Source of the DNA: Octopus bimaculoides
Lineage: Eukaryota
Assembly (NCBI RefSeq): GCF_001194135.2
Contig: NC_069002.1
Location: 3,556,621 to 3,620,072, forward strand
Reading direction: 5' to 3'
DNA: 63,452 nt
The notes below the pieces were generated by a model, which did no database searches, was not told the origin of the DNA, and was given only the letters and a program-made list of their open reading frames with translations. The position numbers and the translations under genes are program-made. Shown here piece after piece: positions 52,391-63,452 of the stretch; positions within the stretch are counted from its first letter, which is position 1, and every line of letters begins with the position of its first letter.

Positions 52391-55300
52391 TATTATTATT
52401 ATCATAGAATGTTATAATTTTTTATCTCCAATTATAACTTATCAAAACCACACACACACACACACACACACATTGTGTGTGTGTTAGTATATAATTGTTT
52501 GTTCCAAATGCATGCTATTTGAGTAAGTGAAACTGAAGTTGTAATGTTCATGCCTCTCCCTAGAGTTTTATTAGCGAGGGGTGTTAGGTGAAGTGTAATC
52601 TTAGCTAAAATTTGAAACCACGTCAACTGTAGTCTGCCGTATGTATCAGCTAGTATTCATTTGTATTAACGATAATGTACCAGCAGTATTGATTTGTATT
52701 AACGATAATGACACATACATAAGACTACAGATGTTGAGAAGTCCCCAGTACTTCACTGGTACTATTTTTATTCATTTCCAAAACAGATAGGAAATGAAAA
52801 TAATAATAATAATTTTTTTTTTTTTCAGTTGCATGGCACCCTACCTGTTACCATCTTTAGATGCAAAATCTTGCTGTCCCTTGATGTCTCTGATTGAAAT
52901 TTGGGTCCCGCATGTATAAACTAAATCAAATCCTAATAATAATAATAAAAATAATGCTAATGATAACCACTTTTCCCCGTTTCTTAGGTTGAATGGATGT
53001 GAGATGAGTTACGTTTTGAATTCAAGTTGATAGATTAAATGCATTCTTAGCCTGATGCACATGTGTGTAATATGTATATGTCTCTGCATTTTTTTGCAGT
53101 GATACAAATGCACATTATAGTTTATACATGCCTGAAAGTATGTTTGTGTGTGTATACATATAAATATGTATGTATATGCACACATGCATGTGCATTTGCA
53201 GCAACTACCATTCTTGTTTGTTGCACTGCTGTAATTCTACCTTGTGCCAGTTACCCACTTACCAATCACAGAGCCCCTCTTCCGTCCGTCTCTAGAATCT
53301 CGCCCCCTCAACTACTACTTACCCGACCCAAACATGACACTTTTGATTATTATTAAAAATAAATCTATCCTATCCTATCCATTTTTTTTTCTTTTGTGAT
53401 GTGGTTTCTTTCTAAGTCACATAGTTGTATTTCTTCCTCTCCTTGTTCTCCCCATCAGCCCTACATCCTCTCTTCCCTTCTCTCTCTAACATCTGCAACA
53501 ACAGTATTATTAATAATAATAACAACAACAACAACAACTAGTGGGCCCCTTGAGAATTCCATGGTGTAAGACAGCATATTTTAAAATATTATATTAAACA
53601 CAAGCAAGGAATTTCAAAAAATTCTTTGGAAATTCTGCCAGTTAATCAAATCTGTACTTTCACTAATGGAAATAAACTTGGGTGGTGTTGCTTCTTTTAG
53701 TATGTTTGACAGATATGATGTGCTTTTATAGATTAAGGAAATAAAAACTTATTTGTGTATATATATATAAACTATTTTCATGGTCCAGATATCTCCAAAG
53801 CTCAGTCCAAGTTATTTTACCAATTGAGATTATTTCCATTTCATTTCAGTTCAGTGATCTATCTATTTGCATAACTATTGATATATCTGTAGATTGAGCT
53901 GCCTTCCTACCCAAATCTCATTTGTCTAAGTAACTATATTATCTTCTTTCTCTTCTGCTGATGTGTGTATCTGTTTATTTTCATAATACCGATAAGCATT
54001 TAAACCTAACAAAAAAAAGAAGAAAAATTATGGCAGTGCTCCAACATGGCCACAGGTCTTTGTCTGGAACACATAAAAGATAAAAATGTAACATCTACAG
54101 CTATTTGTCAACCAAGGTTATTTCACTTTCATTTAATTCTATATCATTATATCTTTTAAAGTGTAAATTTATAGATCTTCATGACATTGTTTCATTATGT
54201 TAAACATTTTGATTGTGCCTGCGATTTTTACACACAGATGCGGAATCATACAGACCGTCTCCCTCTCTCTAATAATATAGACCTCTCTCTCTCTCTCTCT
54301 TCAGTAATATAAATCCTTTTTCTCTCTTTCATGTCTTCCCTTTCTATTTTTCCACTGATTCAGCTATCCTCATTCTGCTTCTTTCTTTGTCTCCTGTTCT
54401 CCCCTTCCTCCCTCCCTCTCTCTCTCTATATATATATATATTTCTACATTTGAGTTACAACCTCCCTTGATGATGTAAGCATGACACACAGATGAATCAG
54501 GCAGGAACACAGGAACGAGTGGAATACTATAGTAATAATACTCCTTTCTACTAGACACAAGGCCTGACATTGGGGGGGGGGGGGGCTGGTTGATTACATT
54601 GATCTTAGTGCTTGACTGGTACTTACTTTATTGGCCCCAAAATAACAAAAGACAAAGTTGACCGTGGCAGGATTTGATCTCAGAACGTAGAAACCAGAAT
54701 TGTTGCTCAGCATTTTGTTTTGATGCACTAACGATGATTCTGCTGCTCACTGCCTTAGTTGTAGTAGTGATATTTATTCCCTCTTAAAAAATAGATGTGG
54801 TGTTAGAACACACAATACTGCAATAGTTACCACAAGACAACCTTTCATGTGGACTTGTGGTGCATATAAGCACTCTTGTTTATATCGCTAGCAGGAGACA
54901 ATCACTGTCATCGCCGCCGCCAGGACTACCAGAAGATAGGATTTCAGCCTTCTTTGGCCTCGTCAATGGTAGACACCTGACCGCTGGAAATAGTAGTGAC
55001 CACTCCACTAGCAATTTTCATAGAACCACAATGCCTAATTGCTATATTCTGTGTTCTTTCACAACATCCACTTCTATTAATATGATTAATATTTTTGTAT
55101 TAATACTGCTTCTGTTATTAATTACTTAATAACAATAATATTAATGATGATAATTTCTGACAGGTTTTTCAAGGACAACAATTTGGAGGAACAATTGACT
55201 CCATTACTTGAATTGTACATTATTGTATTGATCCTAGAAAGATGAATGTTAAAGTTGGTTTCATTGGGATTTGAACTTGAAATGTTTAGAGCCACAAGAA

Positions 55301-56069
55301 ATTCTCTCCACTGTTTTAATGAATCTGCCAATCCGCTACCATAATAATGTTCTGAGTTCAAATTTTGCCAGGGTTGACCTTTTCCTTTTATCCTTTGGGA
55401 GTGGGGTGATTCAATAAAATAAAGGACCAGTTGAACACTAGGGGCTGATGTATTTACCCCCCCCCCCCAATATTTCAATCCTTGTGCCCTTAGTAGAAAG
55501 AATTATTACAATCGTAAAAAAAAAAAAGACAAATTGTTAGAAAGCACCAGACTAAATGCCTTCCAAGCATAAAGTGTTACTTCTTTCCTGAGTTCAAATC
55601 ACACCAAAGTCAGCATATTCTTTACTTTTGGTAAACACTCCATTCCCCACTATCCCTGAACCAGCAGACTTATATAATCAGAGCCATTCCAGTCGTGACC
55701 ATCCCATTTTATATTCATACTTTGTGTATCTAAGCGCTGCACTGACTGAGTCCTTGTTTTCTCAAGACAGTAATGTGTGATTTAAGGCAGGTTTGGCTGC
55801 TATTTCTTGCGTAGAGGCTCCCTTGTTGATGGCTGTATCTATATTGGTTGTGTTGTTTGCATGAGTCACTATAGTAACAGTTTATTAATTAATTTTTTTT
55901 TCTTTCATTCATACTCTCTGCAAAACATGATGATGATGATGATTTAACCTGGTGGTTCTCCATTACTACAGCAACGAGTTGAAGCTAAAAGAAGAAAAAA
56001 TACCCATTGACCACGCCTGTCCCACCCCCTTCCTTCCACCCCAGTACAGTTGTTTGTGTGTGTCTCTCA

Positions 56070-56083
56070 GTTACTATGGCAAC
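56070..56083. promoter_or_regulatory. RFX X-box motif GTTACTATGGCAAC
   Basis: Match to the GTTNCYATRGNAAC-type consensus; function untested. Confidence 0.4.
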
Positions 56084-56519
56084 AAAGGACAGACTGAAGA
56101 AGCAGAATACCCTTGACAACTAGAATATAAATAAATAGATGAGAAAAAAAAAGAAACCACGTGTTTTGTCTGTTTTAGAATTTACAAATGAAAACTTTTA
56201 TTCAAAATGGTCTCCTGTGAGCAGCAAAACGTTCATCCAGTCTCACGCTCTCCTTCTCTCAAACTGTCTCAGCCTGACATAACCAAACACTTATCTACTG
56301 TCTCTATCCTTCTTTCTTTCTTTCCTCTCATGCACACATTTACATAATATAAACTCGTAACACATACATATACACTAGTTTTGACTCGCACACACATACA
56401 CACTATCCGCAACCTGCACACTTCACCCTTCTCTTACACATATTTCGGATACTTCTCTCTTCTTCCCCCCCTCTCTCTCTCTCTCTCACTCATATAGATA
56501 AGACTCTCTTCCTCCTCAC

Positions 56520-56760
56520 TCTCTTTCACACACAAACAGACGACATCCTCTCTCACAAACGCATTCTTTCTCTCCCTCTCACCCACACAAAGCCTCTCTC
56601 TATCTCACACACAAACTACATAAATGGACCTTTTCTTTCTCTCTCACATAAACAGACAGCATCCTCTCTCTCACAAACATACATTCTCTCTTTCCCTCTC
56701 TCACACACAAATAAGCCGCCTCTCTTTCTCATACATAACATAAACGAACCTTCTCTCTCT
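56520..56760. repeat. ~120-bp degenerate tandem duplication of CT/CA-rich sequence
   Basis: cacacaaacagac..catcctctctcacaaac..cattct occurs at ~56525 and ~56645. Confidence 0.6.
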
Positions 56761-56924
56761 ATCTGTCTATCTCTCTCTCTCTTTCATACACACACACTCT
56801 CTCTCTCCCAGTCCCATGTCTGCTACACAGTCTTTTTTTTTTTTTTTTTTCTCGTAGAAGGTTGAAAAATACCTGGAAATAAAATTTTTTTTGAATTTCC
56901 TTCAATTTATTATGTTGTATTGTT

Positions 56925-57240
56925 TTATTGCCTGTGGGGAGAAGGCAGGAAGGGGCTCGGTAAGAGGATGGTGGGGAGAAGAGAAGAAGCTCTGGGGGTT
57001 ATGGGGGGGTTGATGATGGGAGGAAGGGTGAAGTAGGCTTGGTAAAAGGAGGAGCGCGGGGTGATGTAGAGATGGGGGGAGAGGGTTTGGTGAAAGGGTG
57101 GTGGTGAGGTGGGAGAAGGAGGAGGAAATTGGGGAAGGCTGATGAAAGGCATATAGAATGATTTAGAAAGGTACTCAGGGGGGGGCTTAATTGGTCGAGG
57201 GGCTCCACCACCTGAAAGGTTATTATCATCAAGCATTGAA
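56925..57240 (-). mobile_element. Degenerate retroelement coding remnant (possibly Penelope-like)
   Basis: Pro-rich minus-strand ORFs on a GA-rich plus strand; resembles 32268-32680. Confidence 0.25.
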
Positions 57241-57806
57241 CATTACGGTCTCAAGTCCTGGGACGTATTAGGGCCGGTTACCCGCTTCCCATAGTGACAA
57301 GATCACTATATATATATATATATATATATAAAACGAACAAGCTGTAGTACAGGGTAGGGTGTTCATAAATTATCTTTAATATAGATATAATAAAATTGTG
57401 GAAGTTGTGAAGATAATTTATGGACATCCTGTATAAGAGTACAGATTAAGAAATAACTACTGAGATGCAGTGCTTGTTGTTGTCAAACTGTAATATTACT
57501 ACTTAGAAAATCCCAAGTCCTTAGTCTTCTTACAGGTTTTGATATTGTAACTAATATAAAGCTATATATACCCAAGGACTTGAGATTTTTACCACTCTTT
57601 TCTTCCAGAACCAGTTAACTGCCAAAAAAAAAAATAAATAAATAAACGTTCAATATTAAGGGAGGTAATCCTTAAAGAATCGTAAGTTCTCTCCCTTTAC
57701 AATGAAAACGAGAAGCATTGTAAAAAAAATTATTTTTTGACACCTACTTAAAACCGTTCATGATTCTGTGATTTAGGGAGATTACGGAAACTGAAGAAAG
57801 CCCATC

Positions 57807-57837
<31 letters not shown>

Positions 57838-59520
57838 GTGTGTGTGTGTGTGTGTCCCAACATCATTTGAACACACAGCCTTACGACTGTGAGGCCAATG
57901 TTCTAACCACAGAGCTGTTGTATGGTATGGTATGTGTGAGGCTGTAATGGATTTATGGTTTGCATTTAGTTGCTCTTTCAGACTACCCTACAGTCTGATG
58001 GACCAGAACTGACCTGGAGCTAAACTACAAAAACAACAACAACATCATACTGCCAAAAAAAAAAACCATGAAGCTGGGTACCTGTGTATGTAATGAAAAA
58101 TAACCAAAACAACCAATATAGGCCGAGGCTGTTATGAATCTAAGGTTTGCTTCTTCTCAGTACCAACATACTTTAAGCCTGCTGGGTCGTAACTGACCTG
58201 GGGTTATGCAACAACCACAATATCAACAACACAACAGGCTGGGTGCTTATGTACCTTATTGAATACAACGAAATGCAGCTGCAGGTAGCTTATTCAAAGT
58301 AAAAGGTTACAGTTGCTGTGTTTCTGCATAAAAATAGCAACTCAAGAATAAAGAACACCAATATCTGAGACCTTGCTTTCATTTCTGCTGGTTTCTTCAG
58401 TTACAGCTTCTAAGACAACGAAAACACATACAACACACCACAACCACCACCATCGCCATCATCATCACTACCATGACCAAACCCCCACCACCACCACCAC
58501 CACTGTTCTGTCCGTTCGTTGCAGCACCCTCCCACCACACACACATACACCTCTTCGCACACACATTCTTACAATTACATAAATTCTCACAGAGATGCAT
58601 CAATATCTTGAGAGGAAGCAGATTTCTCCCATAGTTTTTGTTAAATACATACACCTTGCAGGTGTATGTATGCTTCTATGTATATGTATATATATATATA
58701 TATGTATGTATATGTATGTAATGTGCATATGTATGAACTGGACAAGAGGTAGGGGTGGAAAGTAAAGAAGGTGAAACTATTTTGGTAGAGAGAGTTCCAT
58801 CTATCAGATATTTCTAAAGACAATTCTGAAAATAAACACTCGTTGATATAGACTGGAATTTTTAAATATTGGCAGATGTACACAACACAGTTATACACAT
58901 ACACACATCTGTCTGTCTGTTTCTCTCTCTCTCTATATATATATATATATAAATATATATATATGAATAATAGTTTCAAATTTTGCCACGAGGGCAGCCA
59001 TTTTGGGGGAGGGGGACTAGTCGATTACATCGACCCCCAGTGTCTCACTGGTACTTAATTTATCGACCCTGAAAGGATGAAAGGCAAAGTAATACATATG
59101 AATAATAGAAAATGGATTGAGCCAGATGTTTTATCGCATAACTTCACAATTCCTGATCAAGTCTGCCTTCGACGTTTATCTGGNNNNNNNNNNNNNNNNN
59201 NNNNNNNNNNNNNNNNNNNNNNNNNNNNNNNNNNNNNNNNNNNNNNNNNNNNNNNNNNNNNNNNNNNNNNNNNNNNNNNNNNNNNNNNNNNNNNNNGTCG
59301 AAGAAACCAAAGAACAAAGAAAAGAACACACTCGGAGCTGAAGATACCTCCGAAACGGGAGGGGAGGTTGCCACATCGAAAAAGGTAGAGGAGTAGGGGT
59401 CAAAACCGGACGTGGTTCCTCCTGATGATGACCTCAGCCCTGGATCCTATAAAGGAGTTGCTGAGGTAGCAAACCACGGAACGTGGTTGGAATTCCTCCA
59501 TGACAAAATTTATTTTACAT

Positions 59521-59632
59521 TCTTCATCATCATCATCATCATCATCATCATCGTTTAACGTCCGCTTTCCATGCTAGCATGGGTTGGACGATTTGACTGA
59601 GGACTGGTGAACCAGATGGCGACACCAGGCTC
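59521..59632 (-). mobile_element. SINE family A 3' end, little diverged
   Basis: (CAT)n tail plus cgtttaacgtccgctttccatgctagcatgggttggacg. Confidence 0.8.
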
Positions 59633-60278
59633 ATTATTTTAAAAATCAATTGAAACAAAAGTTAAGTATTTCAACAGAAATATGATAATAAAAAGGTTAA
59701 GATGATGATGATGGTGGTGGCAGTGTTGGTGGTGGTAATTTCATTTATAAAATCTCTGCATGTGTGTGTCTGTACAAAAGTATATCTTATTCTGTAGTCA
59801 ATACAGATTACCTGCTGTGATAATGGACGAGAAGATTAACCAAAAAAATGTTTAAAGAACTAATCAGGGGAAAGAAGATAAGAGAAAAAAAGATGGGAGA
59901 TGGGTGATACGAACAGATATTATGCATACATAAAGCATAAACGCGTGTGTGATGTGTTATGTGATATAAACAGGGGTTGCCGCATAAATTAACATAGATT
60001 AGAATACGTTTTTCGGATATTTCCAGAATATATATGTCCTGAACACCTTTGTATCCTCCTAAAGCACACAGAGTGAAGCTGCTTATTTCATCTCAAACTC
60101 TGCTGTGTATGTGAACCAAGTTTTAATGTTCTAGCTCACTTCTGCTGTTTACAGCAGTGCTATGACGGAACGTGTGTAGCGTGTGATTGACAATGACAGA
60201 GAAAGCTGGGCAGAGAATGCACATCAGAATTCAAGGTCATTCTGTGCCAAGCGGCTTCACTCCACGTGCTTTAGCTTC

Positions 60279-60292
60279 GTTACTATAGCAAC
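60279..60292. promoter_or_regulatory. RFX X-box motif GTTACTATAGCAAC with nearby E-box CACGTG (60263-60268)
   Basis: Consensus match in unique, CpG-containing sequence; function untested. Confidence 0.4.
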
Positions 60293-60374
60293 AGTCCGGA
60301 TACTTATTGATCATCCTTGTATATTTACATTATTTACATTTGACGGATATTTGTCCTCATCTTGTTTGTTGTTT

Positions 60375-60418
60375 ACACAATGTTTCGGCTGATATACCCT
60401 CCAGCCTTCATCAGGTGT
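60375..60418 (-). ncRNA. Mirror hammerhead copy with helix III mutation (ACGU to ACAU)
   Basis: Reverse complement reads ACAC CTGATGA A GGCTG GAGGGTATAT CAGCC GAA ACAT T GTGT. Confidence 0.55.
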
Positions 60419-60550
60419 CTTGGGGAAAATTTCGAACCTGAGTTCTCATTCCTAACGTATTTTTCGATGTTATTATTATTAACAACAACAACAACAACAA
60501 CATCAAAAAACACCTTTGGAATGAGAACTCAGGTTCGAAATTTTCGCAAG

Positions 60551-60594
60551 ACACCTGATGAAGGCTGGAGGGTATATCAGCCGAAACGTTGTGT
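60551..60594 (+). ncRNA. Minimal type I hammerhead ribozyme motif (PLE-associated)
   Basis: ACAC-CUGAUGA-A-GGCUG(GAGGGUAUAU)CAGCC-GAA-ACGU-U/GUGU: 4-bp stem I, conserved core, 5-bp stem II, loopless palindromic helix III; predicted cleavage after 60590. Confidence 0.75.
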
Positions 60595-60965
60595 AAACAA
60601 CAAACAAGATGAGGACAAATATCCGTCAAATGTAAATAATGTACATAATTCCTCATCTCTTAAATATAGAACTCGTATATTTATATTTGTAGAAAGGTCA
60701 TTTATTTGTCCAATCAGAGCTAACTTGGAGCGAAATAACAACGCAAACACATTTAACAAACTCAAATGTATGTAGTCTCTTAACCAGGCTAGAAACAGCA
60801 GTCAAGTCTCCTTCAAATCGTGTCAAGTAAAGAATGCACACACACACATATACAAACACATACACACACAACACCTCCATTCATCATTAGAGTATCACGC
60901 CTCCACTTTCCTTATGAAACCACCGCCACTGAAATAGCAGCAGTAGCAGCCACGGCAGCAGCAAC

Positions 60966-61021
<56 letters not shown>

Positions 61022-61501
61022 CAGCAGTTAACGATATCAGCAGTAATACTTCTTTTTCTTCTTCGCCCTCCCCCCTCCCTCGGTCATTTCCATGTAAATT
61101 CCTCTCCCCCCCCACTCCCGTCCTTACAGCTTCCAGCTCACCTTAACGTCCTTGTTTACTATATAAGCAAGCAGCTAACACACACACACGCACACACATA
61201 GATAGATATGGATGCTAAACACATTCATAGTTTTAGGTATCCAACATTCATGTATTCACACACTACGCGCGTGCTACATACATTCACATTTACACAAGCC
61301 ACATTCACATTTGCACACAGATGCCTAACACGTTGTTTCATCAGGTTTGGTGACGCAAACAGGAAAAATACAACACATAAGTGTATATGTGTATATATAT
61401 ATATAAATATATAATTTAGAGAAAAGAACCAAAGTTCATGAACTCATCCGTTTTTACCTGTAAATTTGGATTTTTATCCCTAATATTATTATTATCATTA
61501 C

Positions 61502-61543
<42 letters not shown>

Positions 61544-62455
61544 ATCTTTTCGAGAAATATATATATATATATATATATACATATATATAATACATGCTAG
61601 GCCACTGGTTTTAAATTGATATTAATCAAATTAATATTCAATTTTTCACCCTTATTATTTGAATTTGTATATATATCAGAAGCAACAGAGTGACTCAAAG
61701 GACTAGAGTTTCTGCGTTAGTCTTCATTTACTTAGCTATGCACACATACACATACACACACATACGCCACACGCATTCACAAGCGTGCATTCACATTAAT
61801 ACAAAGTTACATTGATATGCATACGCAAACATGCGCGCGCGCGTGCATAGATGCCCATCACATTCTCACTTGCACATCATATCCATATTTACACACTGAC
61901 ATGTGCAAGCACATACACATACATACATACACGTGTCACTCAATCAGATAAACACACACACATCCTCAGATGTTAAACACATATTTATACACGCATATTC
62001 ACATTTGCGCACATACATATGAAGACATACACACACACGCGTGCCGTACACATTCGCAGTAGAATCCGACAGACAGATACACACCCACCCATTCACACTA
62101 ACAATACCAGCAACGTTTCTATAAATAAAAGGTAAACCAAAGTCATATTTCCTCTGTTTCTGCTGACATTGATATATGTTAAGTCTGGCAGTGAATACGT
62201 TAAACCTATTGACAATGACAGCAGAATCTGGCAACGTACAGCGAAGAAAAAAAAGTCATCATCAGACTGGTTTTGCTTTTTAATAAAATTCATCAGGGAT
62301 CGTTCACCGCACTGTTTAAATACCCAAGTGCACAACTACATGTTTTGAATTATACGCACGAGTTATTGCTACTATTGTTATTTACAAAAACAAGAACTTT
62401 TTACGCAATTGTGTTCGGTTGATGATCAGGAAATTAATAACAAGTCGCATATATA

Positions 62456-62790
62456 CAGACACATGCAGGAAGTAAATAGACACCTTTAATTTTCAAAATT
62501 TCCGATCTAAGCGTCTTAATATGTTTTCTGCGGTGTAGAATTTACAATGTAATTATTCTTTTTCACTCCAGGTGCCATTATATTAAACATTTGCGAAGGG
62601 TAACCATGCCACACACAAAAAATTCAGCAGAACTGTCAGATTTTCAAAGAGATCATATTGTTGGGCAATCTGAGGCTGGTCTTAAACAGCGAAAAATTGC
62701 CGAAAATCTTCAAATTCCTCTTGCTGCTGTTAATAGAATTATAATGCAATTCAAAATCCAAGGAAAAGAATCAACAGATTCTCATCCCGG
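62456..62790 (+). mobile_element. Tc1-like transposon 5' fragment (left end plus N-terminal HTH)
   Basis: TA|CAG... start. ATG at 62606 encodes MPHTKNSAELSDFQRDHIVGQSEAGLKQRKIAENLQIPLAAVNRII, a typical Tc1 first HTH (ELSDF.RG.IVG..EAG.S.R.IA). Confidence 0.8.
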
Positions 62791-63093
62791 CCAATATCAT
62801 TCCATATCGGCACCTTCCCCTACCGACTATCACTTTTTCAAGCACCTTGATGGTTTCCTGCCAGAGAAGGAGTTAAAAAATCAAACCGATGCTGAAAGTC
62901 CGTTCAAAGAGTTCATCAGCTCCAGAACTCCAGATTTTTATGTTACCGGAATAAACAAACTTGTAACTCGTTGGTAAAAATGTGTTGTGGATTGTAATGG
63001 TACTGACTTCGATGAACAAAGTTTCCGCATTGTTAAAATATATTGTGATGAATTTCATGTTTCAAAACGTTGCTTACTTTTTACTCAGCCGGA
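62791..63093 (+). mobile_element. mariner transposon 3' fragment (catalytic C-terminus plus right TIR)
   Basis: SPTDYHFFKHLDGFL...FKEFISSRTPDFYVTGINKLVTRW*KCV..NG (mariner YSPDLAPxDY region onward, premature TAA at 62975). Ends ttgcttactttttactcagccgga|TA, similar to mariner-type TIRs. Confidence 0.85.
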
Positions 63094-63129
63094 TAACAGT
63101 CAAATTATGCATTGGTTTCAAAGTTTGGC

Positions 63130-63310
63130 ACAAGGCCAAATATTCTGGGGTGGGGTGGGGGGCTAAGTCGAGCACATCGTCTCCAGTGTTCAACTGGTAC
63201 TTAATTTATCGACCCCCGAAAGGATAAAAGGAGGCAAAGTCAACCTCGGCGGAATTTGAACTCAGAACGTAGCAACAGGCGAAATACCGCTAAGCATTTC
63301 GCCCAGCGTC
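63130..63310 (-). mobile_element. SINE family B copy, CpG-rich (relatively young)
   Basis: Reverse complement ctgggcgaaatgcttagcggtatttcgcc..tacgttctgagttcaaattccgccgaggttgactttgcc..cctttcgggggtcgataaattaagtaccagtt. Confidence 0.85.
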
Positions 63311-63452
63311 CTTCTAGAAAAGCCGATTAGAAAGCCTTCTATGTGGTCACTGGGCTTGCAAGAAATAGAGGCGAAACCTCTCAAATTATACTTTAGCATC
63401 TTAAATAAAGAAGGCAACGTTGAACAATGCAACGTTAGATACTCTCTCTCTC

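Larger units (their letters stand above)
60326..60643. mobile_element. Tail-to-tail inverted duplication of a Penelope-like element terminal repeat
   Basis: Arms 60326-60480 and ~60491-60643 are near-perfect reverse complements joined at (TTA)n/(AAC)n; each arm carries a CTGATGA...GAAAC motif typical of PLE pseudo-LTRs. Confidence 0.75.

Noticed and set aside
53261-53356. SPSSVRL* or RAPLPSVSRISPP as SMG7 terminal exon
   Set aside because: Poor acceptor context and no conserved motif.
54891-54950. QETITVIAAARTTRR* as SMG7 terminal exon
   Set aside because: Weak polypyrimidine tract and no similarity to the SMG7 C-terminus.
59419-59450. CTGATGA motif as a hammerhead (also at 13575, 57100, 61339)
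   Set aside because: No stem II followed by GAAA.

Overview
AT-rich, microsatellite- and SINE-dense metazoan genomic DNA from a gapped scaffold assembly (15 N-runs). The repeat content looks like an octopus (coleoid cephalopod) genome; that assignment is pattern recall, not a database hit. The one confidently recognisable gene is SMG7 (nonsense-mediated decay factor) on the + strand. I traced 22 phase-compatible GT-AG exons by hand from 19871 to 47619, covering the 14-3-3-like/EST1 domain and a Pro/Gln-rich C-terminal region. The first coding exon and the terminal exon were not securely located. Almost all long ORFs in the supplied track are artefacts of N-runs or dinucleotide repeats. The rest is mobile DNA: tRNA-derived SINEs, LINE 3' remnants, Penelope-like (PLE) remnants, Tc1/mariner relics and MITEs. 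Most notable observations: (i) a ~320-bp near-perfect palindrome of PLE-type terminal repeats carrying an intact-looking minimal type I hammerhead ribozyme on one arm and a point-mutated copy on the other; (ii) an in-frame Tc1/mariner chimeric transposase ORF; (iii) phase-compatible minus-strand exon candidates suggesting an antisense gene overlapping the SMG7 5' region, ending in a TRPC-like helix; (iv) a repeat-plus-hairpin array; (v) a candidate SMG7 first exon preceded by a uORF; (vi) three RFX X-box motifs. No wholly new system is demonstrated; the hypotheses are labelled as such.
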